57,052 bases of DNA from a virus. The stretch covers positions 1 through 57,052 of IMG/VR virus record IMGVR_UViG_3300045988_165774; one strand, written 5' to 3'. This document shows, piece by piece, positions 1-10,593 of this stretch. Each line of letters opens with the position of its first letter. The first letter of the stretch is position 1. Under the pieces are notes generated by a model that was not told where the DNA came from, did not search any database, and was given only the letters and a program-made list of their open reading frames with translations. A program made the translations under genes and the position numbers.

Positions 1-99
1 CTGTTTCTTTCAGCGTTTCGGTTATTAACCTTCTCCATTCCTCTTTGTTCATATTGTTTTATATTTCTAAATTATTCTTTTGTATTCTCAAAAAAAAAC
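1..99. repeat. Terminal direct repeat copy 1 (identical to 56954..57052); circular-closure overlap
   Basis: Read base by base, 1-99 equals the last 99 bases. The repeat contains the 5' end of the endolysin ORF (ATG at 57005 corresponds to position 52). Confidence 0.9.
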
Positions 100-111
100 T
101 TTGTAAATTTG
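79..111 (+). promoter_or_regulatory. Candidate Bacteroidota-type promoter (TTTG 79-82, N21, TAAATTTG 104-111)
   Basis: Matches the -33 TTTG / -7 TAnnTTTG consensus. It sits about 40 nt upstream of a hairpin plus T-tract. Confidence 0.3.
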
Positions 112-151
112 CAACATAAGATTGACTTGGGGTTGCTTGGGAAATATTTAT

Positions 152-178
152 AGAGGTCGCGAGGGCGGCCTCTTTTTT
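152..178 (+). terminator. GC-rich hairpin with T-tract (intrinsic-terminator-like)
   Basis: AGAGGTCGC-GAGG-GCGGCCTCT (one G-U pair) followed by TTTTT on the plus strand. There is no T-tract on the minus-strand side. Confidence 0.5.
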
Positions 179-467
179 ATTTGTTTTTGATTGCAGAGAT
201 AATAGCGTTTTTAATAAAAACATGCCAGGTTGAATCCATTATTGAGGCTTTGAATAATTCTGTCTCATTTTCATTCATATCCACAGCTTCCCCGTTGAAT
301 ATCTTTTTGGCAATTTCATGCATTTCAATTGTGTTTGTGCACACATACACGGCATTTCCGACAAGTTGATGAATGCCTTTATTTTGATTCTCTTCCAGCA
401 ATTGGATATAATTATTACCTAACAAATCAATTGCTGATACATCTTTTACGTCAAAACTATATTTCAT
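177..467 (-). CDS. Hypothetical protein (96 aa), last gene before the circle junction
   Basis: ORF track. Same strand as and closely spaced with the tail genes. No recognisable motif. Confidence 0.55.
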   Translation of the reverse strand: MKYSFDVKDVSAIDLLGNNYIQLLEENQNKGIHQLVGNAVYVCTNTIEMHEIAKKIFNGEAVDMNENETELFKASIMDSTWHVFIKNAIISAIKNK

Positions 468-471
468 TTTG

Positions 472-765
472 TTAGTAGTTAGTGAATGTTTCAGTAATCT
501 TTCTATAAAATTCCGTAATTAATGGAACAATCCCCTGAATAATACCCAAGTCAACATTTGATCCGTTAATCGAATTGAAATCCTCGGACTTAGGATTGTA
601 TTTAAGGGTTGCATTCATGAATTTCTTCCCGTCGTCCAAGTATCCGTTTGCTACTACGGAGATAACTTCCGGTGCTTGCTCTTTTTGATACTCTGCACTC
701 AGCGATACATTTATATTCTGTACCGTTGCCGTTGCTTTTGCTGAAATAAAATAGTTAATTTCCAT
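472..765 (-). CDS. Hypothetical protein (97 aa), downstream of the tail fiber gene
   Basis: ORF track. 4-nt gap to the next gene. No motif recognised. Confidence 0.55.
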   Translation of the reverse strand: MEINYFISAKATATVQNINVSLSAEYQKEQAPEVISVVANGYLDDGKKFMNATLKYNPKSEDFNSINGSNVDLGIIQGIVPLITEFYRKITETFTNY

Positions 766-777
766 GTTTTTTATAAT

Positions 778-3700
778 TTATCTGTAACTTAATTGTCCGG
801 TTGATCTATTTATACATAGGTAATAATTCGAAGCCCCTGAAATATTTGGTATGTTATTAAGATTTAAATATATTTGACCTCTAAAGATAGATGTATTATT
901 AACTGTCATTTTACCACCGAATAATACATCTCCAGAAACTACCTCTATCGCAAGAGGTGGATCAAATGGAGTACCGTAATATCTGTTCTCAGCTTGTATT
1001 CTTAAGGCAGTAACTTTTGAAGATGATCCATAATTATACGATGTTTCCTTGGCAATTATTTCCAATCCAGTTATATGACTTATAAAATCTCCTACTGCTG
1101 TTATTATTCCGGCTTGCATTCCACCTATTGAAGGGGTAAGTACACCAGCCCCTGATGCATATACAGAAAAACCATTTTTAGCATAACAAGAGCCTATTTT
1201 TGAACTCGCATTGAAATCAGATGATCTCAATCCATTATTGCTTAATTTCAGTCCGGCAATTTCTCCTTCTGTCGCTGTAATTTTTCCTGTAAACTGTCCG
1301 TTAACTGCAATAAGTTTTCCATCTGTTGTAATCTGAACATTCCCGTTTGCACTAATAGCTCCATTAAGATTAATCCTACTTGCATCAATTGTAACGCCTC
1401 CTCCGCCAACATTAATAGATTCAATAACTTCTTGCCCTAATGCATTTTTATTTGAAGAAAAAATTGTAACGAAATTACTTTGTGTTACAACACCAGATAT
1501 TTCTTGGGTACCATTTATAATTTTAGATACTGTAGAAGAAATTTGGTTGTAACTAACTTGTAAATTGCTAATATCTGATTTTATTAATTGATCATTTTCA
1601 TTATAGACATCTAGAGATACTTTATTTTCGATCAATCCTTTTGTTATATTTATTTCAGTATTAAGTTCTTCCTTTATCGTTTTTATTTCTGCTTGCTGCT
1701 CGGAGAAAGAAGGAGTCCAAACAGGGGCGGGAAGAAAGCCTTCGACTAGCATGACTTCGGTAAACCGGACCGAATTCCCAGCGGTATGCCCTGATTCTCC
1801 GGCGTAACAAAGTAAATACCCTTCCTGAGCTTCAAAGTCATTTTTGGTAATCAGAATACCACCATTTTTATCATAAAGATGATGATAAGTAGTCGTCAGG
1901 TAATTTTTAATAGCCTTATCATATAAAATAAAATCACACTTGCTAATATTACCGGATAAGACTTCTATATTTTGGGCATTCACATAATAAACTGTATTCG
2001 GCTTGATTACAGGCATATACAGAGCTTTATATGCATAAGTATTTGTCCCCCCTTCAACCGTAAACGGCCCTTTTGTACCATCCGCCAAATTAACGTTATT
2101 AGCTCCGATCTGGTCTTCTGCTGCTACTGGAAAGCCTTGCAGGGGTTTATTGCCTTCGATTAGGGAGATGTTGTAGATCAAAGATTGTATCGCATAAAAT
2201 CCGTGTGAACTAGATATTTTACTGATTGTTTTACCTGGATCAGTAACATAGTTTATACGAGCTTTTGTAGTCTGATTACCTTTCAGCGAAACATATTGGA
2301 TGCTACCATCTGTATATAAGAAAATAAAACGAATACCATCATTTTCACCATTAGCTGAAACCTTCCATTCTACGGAAAATACATACTGCGTGTTTGTTTT
2401 AAATTTAATTGCCCCTCCAAAAACATCTTTTAGATCTAAGCCTCCCGAAACATAATCTGTAAGTAATTTATGATTAACATTCAAATACACCCCGTCTTCA
2501 TCTTGTCCCCAAACCGCAATATCCTTGTTCTTCTCATTCCACTTCAACATCATTTTTTTGGATATAAGGTTCTGGGAACCGATCTGTAATCCATTTACTG
2601 CTTCCTGTCCGCCTTCTAGCCCTTGCTGTTTTGCTATTTCCTTTCTATCAGATTCAGGGACAGAATAAGTTGTCGCTTTGTTTCCATATTCAATTTGTAC
2701 ATCTTTTACAGAGATAATAAATTCGGAACCATCCGACATACCATTGTGATCAATCCTTAAATAAACTAGTGTCCCTTCTCCCCAGCCCGAAGGTGTAGTA
2801 AATTTAAATTCATTGTATGTCCAATCCGTGCCTGACTGATATGAACTAGTTAATAATGCATCAATTTCAGGATAAGAAGCAGGAAGAATATAAAAATCAA
2901 AATAATTTTGATGGCCTGTATGTTTTGCGTAAAAAGAAACAACAATTTCTTTATTCCCAGGTATTGTTATCATCGCACTACGGATATAACTTTCTCTCGT
3001 AGAGGCGTCCTTTATTGAAAACTCTGTATCTTTATGTTCCGTATATCCTGTCCACCCAGTTCCGGTTGTACTACCGATTAATATATTTACTCCTCCTACC
3101 TGTATCCCATCAACAACCTTTCCCGCTTCATCTATTGCAATCTGCCTCTGATCATTGATAGAGGGGGTCCACAATAGCGAAGTTTTATTGCCTAATACTA
3201 GTTTTACCCACTCTATTTCAGATTCAACAGATACACTATTAGGCATTGGATATATATTAATGAATTTATTATCAGCAACGACCGATGATTGTTCTAATTT
3301 CCATTTAAAGGTTCTTGTTGCAATATTATCTGCATTAAACATATTTCGGAATAATTCAGTTAATACAACCGAGCCGCCTGAATTATAGACACCGAAATAT
3401 GATTTATCAACCCCTAATTTCCCCTTAATGACAATTGTACATTCTTCCCCCTCTTTAGGTTTGTAGTCCCCTAAGTAAATGGTCGCTATTGGATAACCAG
3501 TATTCTTCCATCCCTTGTTACTATTGTCAAGAAGGTTGGTTTCTCCTACTTGGAGGTTGTCCAGGTTACTCTGCACGTCTCCGATGGACTCTTCCACCGT
3601 TTTGCCGGACATCAGTCTGAACACCCCTTTCATGTAAACGTTCTGACAATACAATCCGAATCCTGTCAACTGCCCGAAATCTTCATCCACTATGCCATTC

Positions 3701-5775
3701 AAATTACCCGTCCGCATCGGTTCTTTCCCTTCAAAAGAATAGGAGTTTATCCCAGCATAGAAAGCAATGTAAGGCGAATTGTTGTCATGCGCCGAAATCA
3801 TTATCGCGGATTGGCGGTTTATGTCTGTCCGGTTTCCTAATAATACTATTTCTTCATCAGCCTCCGGGATACCGCTATTCGCCTCACAATCCGTTTTTGA
3901 CAAGACAAAGTAATCCGCGCCTACCTCCGTGACAAGACGCCAATATCTCTTCATTTTCTGCCCGTCAAAAACTTGATGAAAAGCTTGGTCGCCCACTACG
4001 AAAGGATTTATTATCGTCCCGCTGTCAGTATTGAAAAAGCACTTGTACCCATTCTCTGTCTCCTCTACACTTCCCGTCTTTATAGCTGCCGGAGAGACAC
4101 AGAACTTCCCGCCGATTGCCTTTACCTGCTGTATCAGAAACTCAAACACGCTGAACTGACCCCTTACCGTCAGATTCTGAAACTCAGCATTCCCGTCTTT
4201 TATTCTGTGTCCGCTACCAAGCGCTCCGGAGGTGAAATTCTTGGATGAGAAATTGTCGGATTGGACTAATTCAGCCGCTTTCACAGAATTAAATTCAACG
4301 TCCGCGTCTTTATGTAACTTTTGATTGAACCACTTCGGATACCACGCATTGATAAGGTTATAGAAGAGCCTTTTTATATCATCTATATTGATAAGCTGCT
4401 TTAAGGTGAATTGTATCTGCTCTATTGTATTATTTACCTTAGTGTCGTAGGTATAAAGCATCTGGTCGCCCAATTCAACCCTTATATCATCGCTTGTTTC
4501 AGTAGTACCGATAATTCTTGTCGTGATATTCCGCCTGCCTATTTTTACGGTAATTCCATCACCGATATTCAGTGATATTCCTTTCTTCTTGATATAGTGT
4601 TTTTGAACTGATAGAGACGGGGCGTATTGCGGTTCACACTTTTTGTTCAGCTCATTTTGTGTTGCCTCCCTCAATTCCTGTGTTGCTTCATCTATGTAAG
4701 ATTGCGGCATATTGATGTTAAGGAGGACAAACACGTCTCCGACACGTGGCTGTCTGTTTGCATTCGGAAGATAATACCCGTCTTCTTCCTCTTTTACGAT
4801 AATTGAAAGCGTCTTGTCGGTATTGTTCCAGCTGTTTTCCACTATCTCAAAGTTCAACCCGGTCAAATCCCCCGTCTGAAACTTGACTACCGGGATTTCA
4901 TTCTCCGCATAGTATTCAGACAGATTGAAAGGAATATCAAGTTTTATCTTCCAACTTCCGGCTTCCTCTATGTTTTCCGGAACGGTCACGCCTAACACCG
5001 TCTTATTAATCAAGCGAGGGTAGATGTTTTCATTCACATACACCCCGGTAATCTTTCCGTACTTTTCTACGTTCTTTTCAATGACTTCATCACCCAAATT
5101 CAACCTTTTGGGGCTGTCCGGAGAATCATAGTCGGCCGGAAGATTCAGAGTGCCGCCTTTCCCTATCATTCGAGTGGTTACGGAAGCATTAGCGACCTTT
5201 GCGAGTTTCACGGAGTAGCTTCCTTTGTTTTTCCCATATTCAAACACATAGTCGGTTTCTTCTCCGATTCTCCTCTTGACGGTTATCACGGTTCCCGTAA
5301 TGTCCCACTCCATTTCGGCATTCTCGCATACCGTTTGGAGTGCTGCCATGCAATTACTATTGTCAAAGCTCAAATCAAGGATACTTCCGTTCTGAATGGT
5401 TCCAAGGGTAAATTCCGGATAGTCCTCGTTCAAGGAATCAATCAGCAATGTCATGAAGTCGCTGACCTCTCCATGGTAGGCAAATGTTGTCGCTCCTTCG
5501 TCCGTTATGATGGAATTGTTCAGCTTATATCCTTGAAAATAGAACGTAAGCGGATAGGTAAACACTCCGTTACTTTCCTCTATATCAATAGGCTCGAAAA
5601 TCTCGTACTTTTCATTCCCGACTAAAACATAGTCGCCTATCTTTAAGTCAAGATCACTATTTGACGAAATAGTGAACGAAACATATTTATTTCCGCTTAA
5701 TGACTTCGAGATGGTATCATCAACGACAAATTCGTAAATAACGGTATTATCTCTATATATGCTATATCCTTTCAT
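778..5775 (-). CDS. Giant tail protein (Tal / minor structural protein fused to a receptor-binding fiber), 1665 aa
   Basis: Largest ORF, directly after TMP and Dit. N-terminal part resembles siphovirus minor structural proteins. C-terminal part is long and beta-rich. Confidence 0.75.
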   Translation of the reverse strand: MKGYSIYRDNTVIYEFVVDDTISKSLSGNKYVSFTISSNSDLDLKIGDYVLVGNEKYEIFEPIDIEESNGVFTYPLTFYFQGYKLNNSIITDEGATTFAYHGEVSDFMTLLIDSLNEDYPEFTLGTIQNGSILDLSFDNSNCMAALQTVCENAEMEWDITGTVITVKRRIGEETDYVFEYGKNKGSYSVKLAKVANASVTTRMIGKGGTLNLPADYDSPDSPKRLNLGDEVIEKNVEKYGKITGVYVNENIYPRLINKTVLGVTVPENIEEAGSWKIKLDIPFNLSEYYAENEIPVVKFQTGDLTGLNFEIVENSWNNTDKTLSIIVKEEEDGYYLPNANRQPRVGDVFVLLNINMPQSYIDEATQELREATQNELNKKCEPQYAPSLSVQKHYIKKKGISLNIGDGITVKIGRRNITTRIIGTTETSDDIRVELGDQMLYTYDTKVNNTIEQIQFTLKQLINIDDIKRLFYNLINAWYPKWFNQKLHKDADVEFNSVKAAELVQSDNFSSKNFTSGALGSGHRIKDGNAEFQNLTVRGQFSVFEFLIQQVKAIGGKFCVSPAAIKTGSVEETENGYKCFFNTDSGTIINPFVVGDQAFHQVFDGQKMKRYWRLVTEVGADYFVLSKTDCEANSGIPEADEEIVLLGNRTDINRQSAIMISAHDNNSPYIAFYAGINSYSFEGKEPMRTGNLNGIVDEDFGQLTGFGLYCQNVYMKGVFRLMSGKTVEESIGDVQSNLDNLQVGETNLLDNSNKGWKNTGYPIATIYLGDYKPKEGEECTIVIKGKLGVDKSYFGVYNSGGSVVLTELFRNMFNADNIATRTFKWKLEQSSVVADNKFINIYPMPNSVSVESEIEWVKLVLGNKTSLLWTPSINDQRQIAIDEAGKVVDGIQVGGVNILIGSTTGTGWTGYTEHKDTEFSIKDASTRESYIRSAMITIPGNKEIVVSFYAKHTGHQNYFDFYILPASYPEIDALLTSSYQSGTDWTYNEFKFTTPSGWGEGTLVYLRIDHNGMSDGSEFIISVKDVQIEYGNKATTYSVPESDRKEIAKQQGLEGGQEAVNGLQIGSQNLISKKMMLKWNEKNKDIAVWGQDEDGVYLNVNHKLLTDYVSGGLDLKDVFGGAIKFKTNTQYVFSVEWKVSANGENDGIRFIFLYTDGSIQYVSLKGNQTTKARINYVTDPGKTISKISSSHGFYAIQSLIYNISLIEGNKPLQGFPVAAEDQIGANNVNLADGTKGPFTVEGGTNTYAYKALYMPVIKPNTVYYVNAQNIEVLSGNISKCDFILYDKAIKNYLTTTYHHLYDKNGGILITKNDFEAQEGYLLCYAGESGHTAGNSVRFTEVMLVEGFLPAPVWTPSFSEQQAEIKTIKEELNTEINITKGLIENKVSLDVYNENDQLIKSDISNLQVSYNQISSTVSKIINGTQEISGVVTQSNFVTIFSSNKNALGQEVIESINVGGGGVTIDASRINLNGAISANGNVQITTDGKLIAVNGQFTGKITATEGEIAGLKLSNNGLRSSDFNASSKIGSCYAKNGFSVYASGAGVLTPSIGGMQAGIITAVGDFISHITGLEIIAKETSYNYGSSSKVTALRIQAENRYYGTPFDPPLAIEVVSGDVLFGGKMTVNNTSIFRGQIYLNLNNIPNISGASNYYLCINRSTGQLSYR

Positions 5776-6571
5776 TCGATATTACGATTAATTTGCAACT
5801 GAAATCAGCGTATACTTTCCCGATAGAAAAAACGTTTTGTACAGAAAATCCATTCGTGCAAAAACATTTAATCTCTCTTTCTCTGTAATTGATAGTTCTT
5901 ATTCCGGCTTTCCCAAATAGGGCATACAATGATTTGATTCTCTCCTTGAATTGCTCTGTATTTTCAGCTATTATCATACCGGAAACGGTTATCTCCGTCT
6001 TCTCTTGCCCTCCTTTTGAATAAAGTGAATAAGACGGATTTTGGGTTGTGCTCAACGATTTTGGCGCACCGATTCCCTGATAGTTTAATATTTCTTTCAG
6101 ATATAATCCGAAAGAAGTCCATTTGTATCCGTCAATCTCCCCGTTTTCGGTGGGAGAGGGGAGTGTCCCAGATAAATTAACAAGAGGTTCTATGAATTTA
6201 ATCGTTATTTTGCAAGCCGATTTTGTAAAGGTTTCGATGGTCGTACTTTTGCATTTTACACTCCAGCTTCCCCATTTGCATGACAACGTAAATAACTCCG
6301 GCAACTCGTTCATGAAATCATTTATTAAAGGAAGAGAAGAGTCAGAATCAGACACGATATTTCCTGTTATTGAAATATCCCGGCTGTCAAAATCCATATC
6401 TTCACTCTCCACATAAGGCTCCACGCTGTTGTCTGTAACCCAATCGTAGTAAGTAGTCCCTTTTCTTTTCGGAAGATTGAAGCATCCAGAAATGGCAATA
6501 TTGCCATTTGATTTTGTTGGAATTATCCCGAATTGGGAAATAGGAGTATTATTAATATAATATTCTGCCAT
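5762..6571 (-). CDS. Distal tail protein (Dit)-like, 269 aa
   Basis: Lies between the tape measure and the giant tail protein and overlaps the downstream gene by 14 nt. The call is positional. Confidence 0.55.
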   Translation of the reverse strand: MAEYYINNTPISQFGIIPTKSNGNIAISGCFNLPKRKGTTYYDWVTDNSVEPYVESEDMDFDSRDISITGNIVSDSDSSLPLINDFMNELPELFTLSCKWGSWSVKCKSTTIETFTKSACKITIKFIEPLVNLSGTLPSPTENGEIDGYKWTSFGLYLKEILNYQGIGAPKSLSTTQNPSYSLYSKGGQEKTEITVSGMIIAENTEQFKERIKSLYALFGKAGIRTINYREREIKCFCTNGFSVQNVFSIGKVYADFSCKLIVISNERI

Positions 6572-6654
6572 GCCGTCCGGTGTTGGGTGGTATGTGTCAT
6601 CACATACTGATGCAAATATAATTATTATTTAGAATTATTCAAAATAAAAATCCG

Positions 6655-9600
6655 TCATCTTGCGTATCTTTTACTTGATTCACTTTCAATTGTTCGTAGT
6701 CTTCCGTCCATGTTTTTCAATGTGTTGTGCATATCAGACAAGACGGAAGTATTATTCGCCGTTTCTCCGGTATTCCTCGCTATCGTGTTCAGTATGGAGT
6801 TGCATGTGGCCATTGTAGACTTGTATGTTTCATGAAATATCGTTGTCTGCTGGCTGATAGCCTTTAATGTATCGTAGGAACCTCTCCATATTCCCATTGA
6901 TTCATTTGCAGTTTTCTCCGTAATTGTTTCGGATATGGTGCCGGTTTGGCGTTTTAATTCTTCCGGAGAACTTTCCCAATTAAAAGTTTTAGCCAAATTA
7001 TCCCGGTCTTTAATCATATCTTGGATTATATCTTGATAATCATCCCTCAATTTTTCTGCCTCTTTTGCAGTAATCTTATTTTCGCTTTCTGCTGCTTCTG
7101 TCCAACTTTTATACAGATTTTCTATTCTTCCCTTGTACTGACTTGCGATTAGACCGGCTATAATCGATTTTCGCAAATATCCTTCAAAGTCATCACACAT
7201 ATCTTCAAAGGAAGCATCCATATCCGAAAGTGAATCAATAAATCCATTATAAAAACTATCGAAGGATATGCCAGTTAGTGCTTCTTGCAATGTATTCGCA
7301 AGTTCCTTGGCTTCATCGTTGCAGTCAATGATTGCATCTAAATTTTCAGTTATTTCAGAAGGTATTTTACTCCACGCTTCGGGGAAATCTCTTCGTATAA
7401 TCTCTAACTGTTCCCCAGATAATTCATACATTTGTTGTACACTGGAAATATTTTGTCCTATAGACTTTGAAATATCATTCCATGATTTCTTAAGCCTTTC
7501 GTTGGCCCGGTAAGCATAACTATGTGAGCCTGCACTTGATCCTGCTTTACCTCCTACTTCCGCTAATCTTCTATAATTTTCTATTTGCTTTTCTAGCGCT
7601 TCGTTAGCTTCTTTCGCTGCCTCTACCGATGCAAATCCACCTCCAAATACAATTTTTTCCTTTGATTTATCAATGATTTTTTTGTATAGATCATTTATAG
7701 CCTCTAGTTGTTCTCTTAACGCCTTATATTGTGCTACTCCGTTATCTGATCCTAACCCGAATATACTGCCAATCGTTTTTGTAACGCCTGCTAATGTATG
7801 AATTACACCAGTTACAGCACTCATTGGCTTGGTTATATCAATTTCTGCTAATCCATCCACTACCTGTCCCAATCCGCTTAATGCTCCAGAAATAGATTCA
7901 GGGATTTCAATGCCTAAATTAGTAAGCATATTTACAAGATCATTCCCGGCAGAAATTACTTGCTGACCCTGTTGTCCTATTGCATTAACGGATTGTGTTA
8001 TTTTACTAAGGGATTCAGCTCTTTTCTTCTCAGCAGCGGAAAGATTTTTTACAGCTCTTTCTTTTGCCTCTGGATTGTCAGCTTTATCCATCTCTTTTTT
8101 TGCCTTTGTAACCTCCTCTACTGCTTTTCTGTAATCTCTATATCCGCTTACTAATTCTTCAAGGGGCTCTCTGTTTGTAATAGTTGCGTCAAGGTTTTCA
8201 AAGGCATCAACAACAGTTTTAAAATCTTCTTTACTAATAGAATCATCTACCGTAGAAAGGTATTCCTTTATTTTGTCCCGGAGTTTTTTTAAAGCATCAG
8301 TAGATAATTTGTCAAGATTACCGAATACAGATGACCAGTCGATTTCTTTTTGAAATTGTTCAAGGTCAAGTCCGGATAATTCGGTTTTCTTTTTTTCTTT
8401 TGCTACCCGGATGGATTCTTCAAGCCTGTTTCTTTCGCTTTCTTCTGTTGTTTTTGCAAGTTCTTCTTGTAGCTTTTCAATATCTTTATTATATTTTCTT
8501 TCTATATCAAGGCGTTGTTGCTGGTATGACTGATATTGTTTTAAAAGTTCGTTTAATTCATCGGTCTGTTTTTTGTACACATCAGATTCGTCTTGTTCTC
8601 TTTTTCGCTTTACAGTAGAATAAGACGTAGAAATTTGCACTGTTTGCTCAGTCGTGAGTGTTCCGCCTTGTTTTGCCGCCCAATCGTCAGCAAGTTTTTT
8701 AATTTCAGCAATCTTTTCCTGATAGTCTAACCGGATTTGTGCAAGTTCTTTTTCTGTACCTTCCTGCATAAGGTCGATTTGGGCTTGCTGGTTTTGCTTA
8801 CGGAGAAAGAGAAGTTCTTCATCAATTTGCTTGATTGTTTTGATTCTTTCTTCCTCTGCTTTTTGGGTAGCTTTAGAAGCTCCGGTTATAGTTTCTTTTT
8901 CTTTTGTAAGCTGGTCTATCTGTTTTTGATAGTCATTGAATTGTTTATTTGTTGTTGATGTTTCCTGAGCTTCTTTGAGGGTTTTTATTTGTTCTTCATA
9001 CCATTTTACGGTTTTTTCTACAGATTTTGCATGTGCTTCCGCTTCTTCTTTTGCCCGGCGTTCGGCGTCTTCCTGGGCTTTTATATCAGAATTTACTTTA
9101 TTCAATATAGAATGCTGTCCGGCCAACTTGTCTTGTAATTCTTGAAGTTGCTTATTGGCTCTGATTAATCTTTCACCACGCCCCTGTACGGCATTTTTAT
9201 TTAGAAAGTCAATTTGCTGCTTAATTGAATTAATACTTTTTTCTGTTTCTTTTATACTTTCTTCAGATTGTGCTTTTGATCGTTCTCTGGTCGCTTTTGC
9301 AAGTTGATTATTTAATTCTGTCAGATTTATCACCTTTAAAGCCTCCAAATTCATGTTATCAAAATAACCTGGATACATTTTTCTTAAACTATCTAATGCA
9401 AGTTGTCGCGCAGCAATGGATTGGTTCTCGTCCCTTGTAATAGTTATAAATGTAGCTGTATCATCTGCATTTTTTTTACTTTCTTCATTGAATTTCTTTA
9501 GAGCATCAGTTGCAGCATCTGTTTTCTTTGTGAACTGATATAAGGCTGTACCAACACCAATTAGGACTGTAGCCAATAAAACGTAAGGATTTGCCTTTGT

Positions 9601-10590
9601 AGCAAGATTGAAAGCAATCTGGGCATCTTTTGCCGTCCGGATCGCTTTAGCAAGGGAAATCCATGCAGAGATATTTTGAATCGTAACGGATACACGTTGC
9701 GCAGCAGCTACGGCTATCAATGAGGCTTTGTATGTTCCGTAGGTAGCAACAAGTACCTTTAATATACTTAATACTTTTTCGTAATTTTCAACAAGATATG
9801 AAGCTCCAGAAATTGCATCGGAAATAATACCTTCATTCGCCTGTCCGATTTCGTTAAACATCATATCTATCGCATCACCAAGATTTGATATTTGACCTAT
9901 GATTGTTTTTGATTGACCCTCCATCAAGGCATAGAATTTACCCCCCTCGTTTGTCATTCCCTCAAATACTTTTTTAATGTCATCAAACCCAATTTTTCCG
10001 GCCGTCACCATGTCATTTATTTCGCTTGTAGTCTTTCCATACATCTTGGAAAGCTCTTGAAGGACAGGTATACCAGACGACTGGAATTGTAACATATCTT
10101 TTGCATACAATCGACCTTGTACAGCCGTTGTTCCATATAGGTATGTTAAACGTTCAAGCGGCAATCCAAGACCGGCAGCTACATTTCCTAATCTTATAAG
10201 AGCATCGTTTATTTCATCAGGAGCAAATCCGTATGCAAGCAACTGCTTTGCACCGTCTGCTACTCTTTTTAAATCAAAAGGTGTTGTAGCGGCTGTTTCG
10301 ACTAATTGATTCATAAGGTTTAGGGCGGGTTCTTCTGCTCCTAAAAGAGTTTTAAATGCAACTTCCAATTGCTGAAACTCGCCACGCGTCATAGCTATTC
10401 TTTTTACTATGTCCATTCCAAGATATGCCGTAGCAGCTTGTTTCATTCGCATCCATGCCGTGCTGATAACATTTCCGGATTCATCGGTTATCACACCCAT
10501 CTTTGTTACTTCTTTCCGGTATTCTTCCGCCTTGCGCCTCATGTCGTTCAAATCAACATTGACACGTATATTCATTTGTCCGTCTGCCAT
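6655..10590 (-). CDS. Tail tape measure protein, 1311 aa
   Basis: N-terminal TMP-core-like segment (GLGLPLERLTYLYGTTAVQGRLYAKDMLQFQSSGIPV), hydrophobic mid-segments and very long coiled coils. Follows the G/GT chaperone genes. Confidence 0.9.
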   Translation of the reverse strand: MADGQMNIRVNVDLNDMRRKAEEYRKEVTKMGVITDESGNVISTAWMRMKQAATAYLGMDIVKRIAMTRGEFQQLEVAFKTLLGAEEPALNLMNQLVETAATTPFDLKRVADGAKQLLAYGFAPDEINDALIRLGNVAAGLGLPLERLTYLYGTTAVQGRLYAKDMLQFQSSGIPVLQELSKMYGKTTSEINDMVTAGKIGFDDIKKVFEGMTNEGGKFYALMEGQSKTIIGQISNLGDAIDMMFNEIGQANEGIISDAISGASYLVENYEKVLSILKVLVATYGTYKASLIAVAAAQRVSVTIQNISAWISLAKAIRTAKDAQIAFNLATKANPYVLLATVLIGVGTALYQFTKKTDAATDALKKFNEESKKNADDTATFITITRDENQSIAARQLALDSLRKMYPGYFDNMNLEALKVINLTELNNQLAKATRERSKAQSEESIKETEKSINSIKQQIDFLNKNAVQGRGERLIRANKQLQELQDKLAGQHSILNKVNSDIKAQEDAERRAKEEAEAHAKSVEKTVKWYEEQIKTLKEAQETSTTNKQFNDYQKQIDQLTKEKETITGASKATQKAEEERIKTIKQIDEELLFLRKQNQQAQIDLMQEGTEKELAQIRLDYQEKIAEIKKLADDWAAKQGGTLTTEQTVQISTSYSTVKRKREQDESDVYKKQTDELNELLKQYQSYQQQRLDIERKYNKDIEKLQEELAKTTEESERNRLEESIRVAKEKKKTELSGLDLEQFQKEIDWSSVFGNLDKLSTDALKKLRDKIKEYLSTVDDSISKEDFKTVVDAFENLDATITNREPLEELVSGYRDYRKAVEEVTKAKKEMDKADNPEAKERAVKNLSAAEKKRAESLSKITQSVNAIGQQGQQVISAGNDLVNMLTNLGIEIPESISGALSGLGQVVDGLAEIDITKPMSAVTGVIHTLAGVTKTIGSIFGLGSDNGVAQYKALREQLEAINDLYKKIIDKSKEKIVFGGGFASVEAAKEANEALEKQIENYRRLAEVGGKAGSSAGSHSYAYRANERLKKSWNDISKSIGQNISSVQQMYELSGEQLEIIRRDFPEAWSKIPSEITENLDAIIDCNDEAKELANTLQEALTGISFDSFYNGFIDSLSDMDASFEDMCDDFEGYLRKSIIAGLIASQYKGRIENLYKSWTEAAESENKITAKEAEKLRDDYQDIIQDMIKDRDNLAKTFNWESSPEELKRQTGTISETITEKTANESMGIWRGSYDTLKAISQQTTIFHETYKSTMATCNSILNTIARNTGETANNTSVLSDMHNTLKNMDGRLRTIESESSKRYAR

Positions 10591-10593
10591 AAT

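Noticed and set aside
1972-5625. Several 60-100-aa plus-strand ORFs inside the giant tail gene, and similar ones inside the TMP, capsid and SNF2 genes
   Set aside because: All lie antisense within long well-supported genes. None has a promoter or terminator context.
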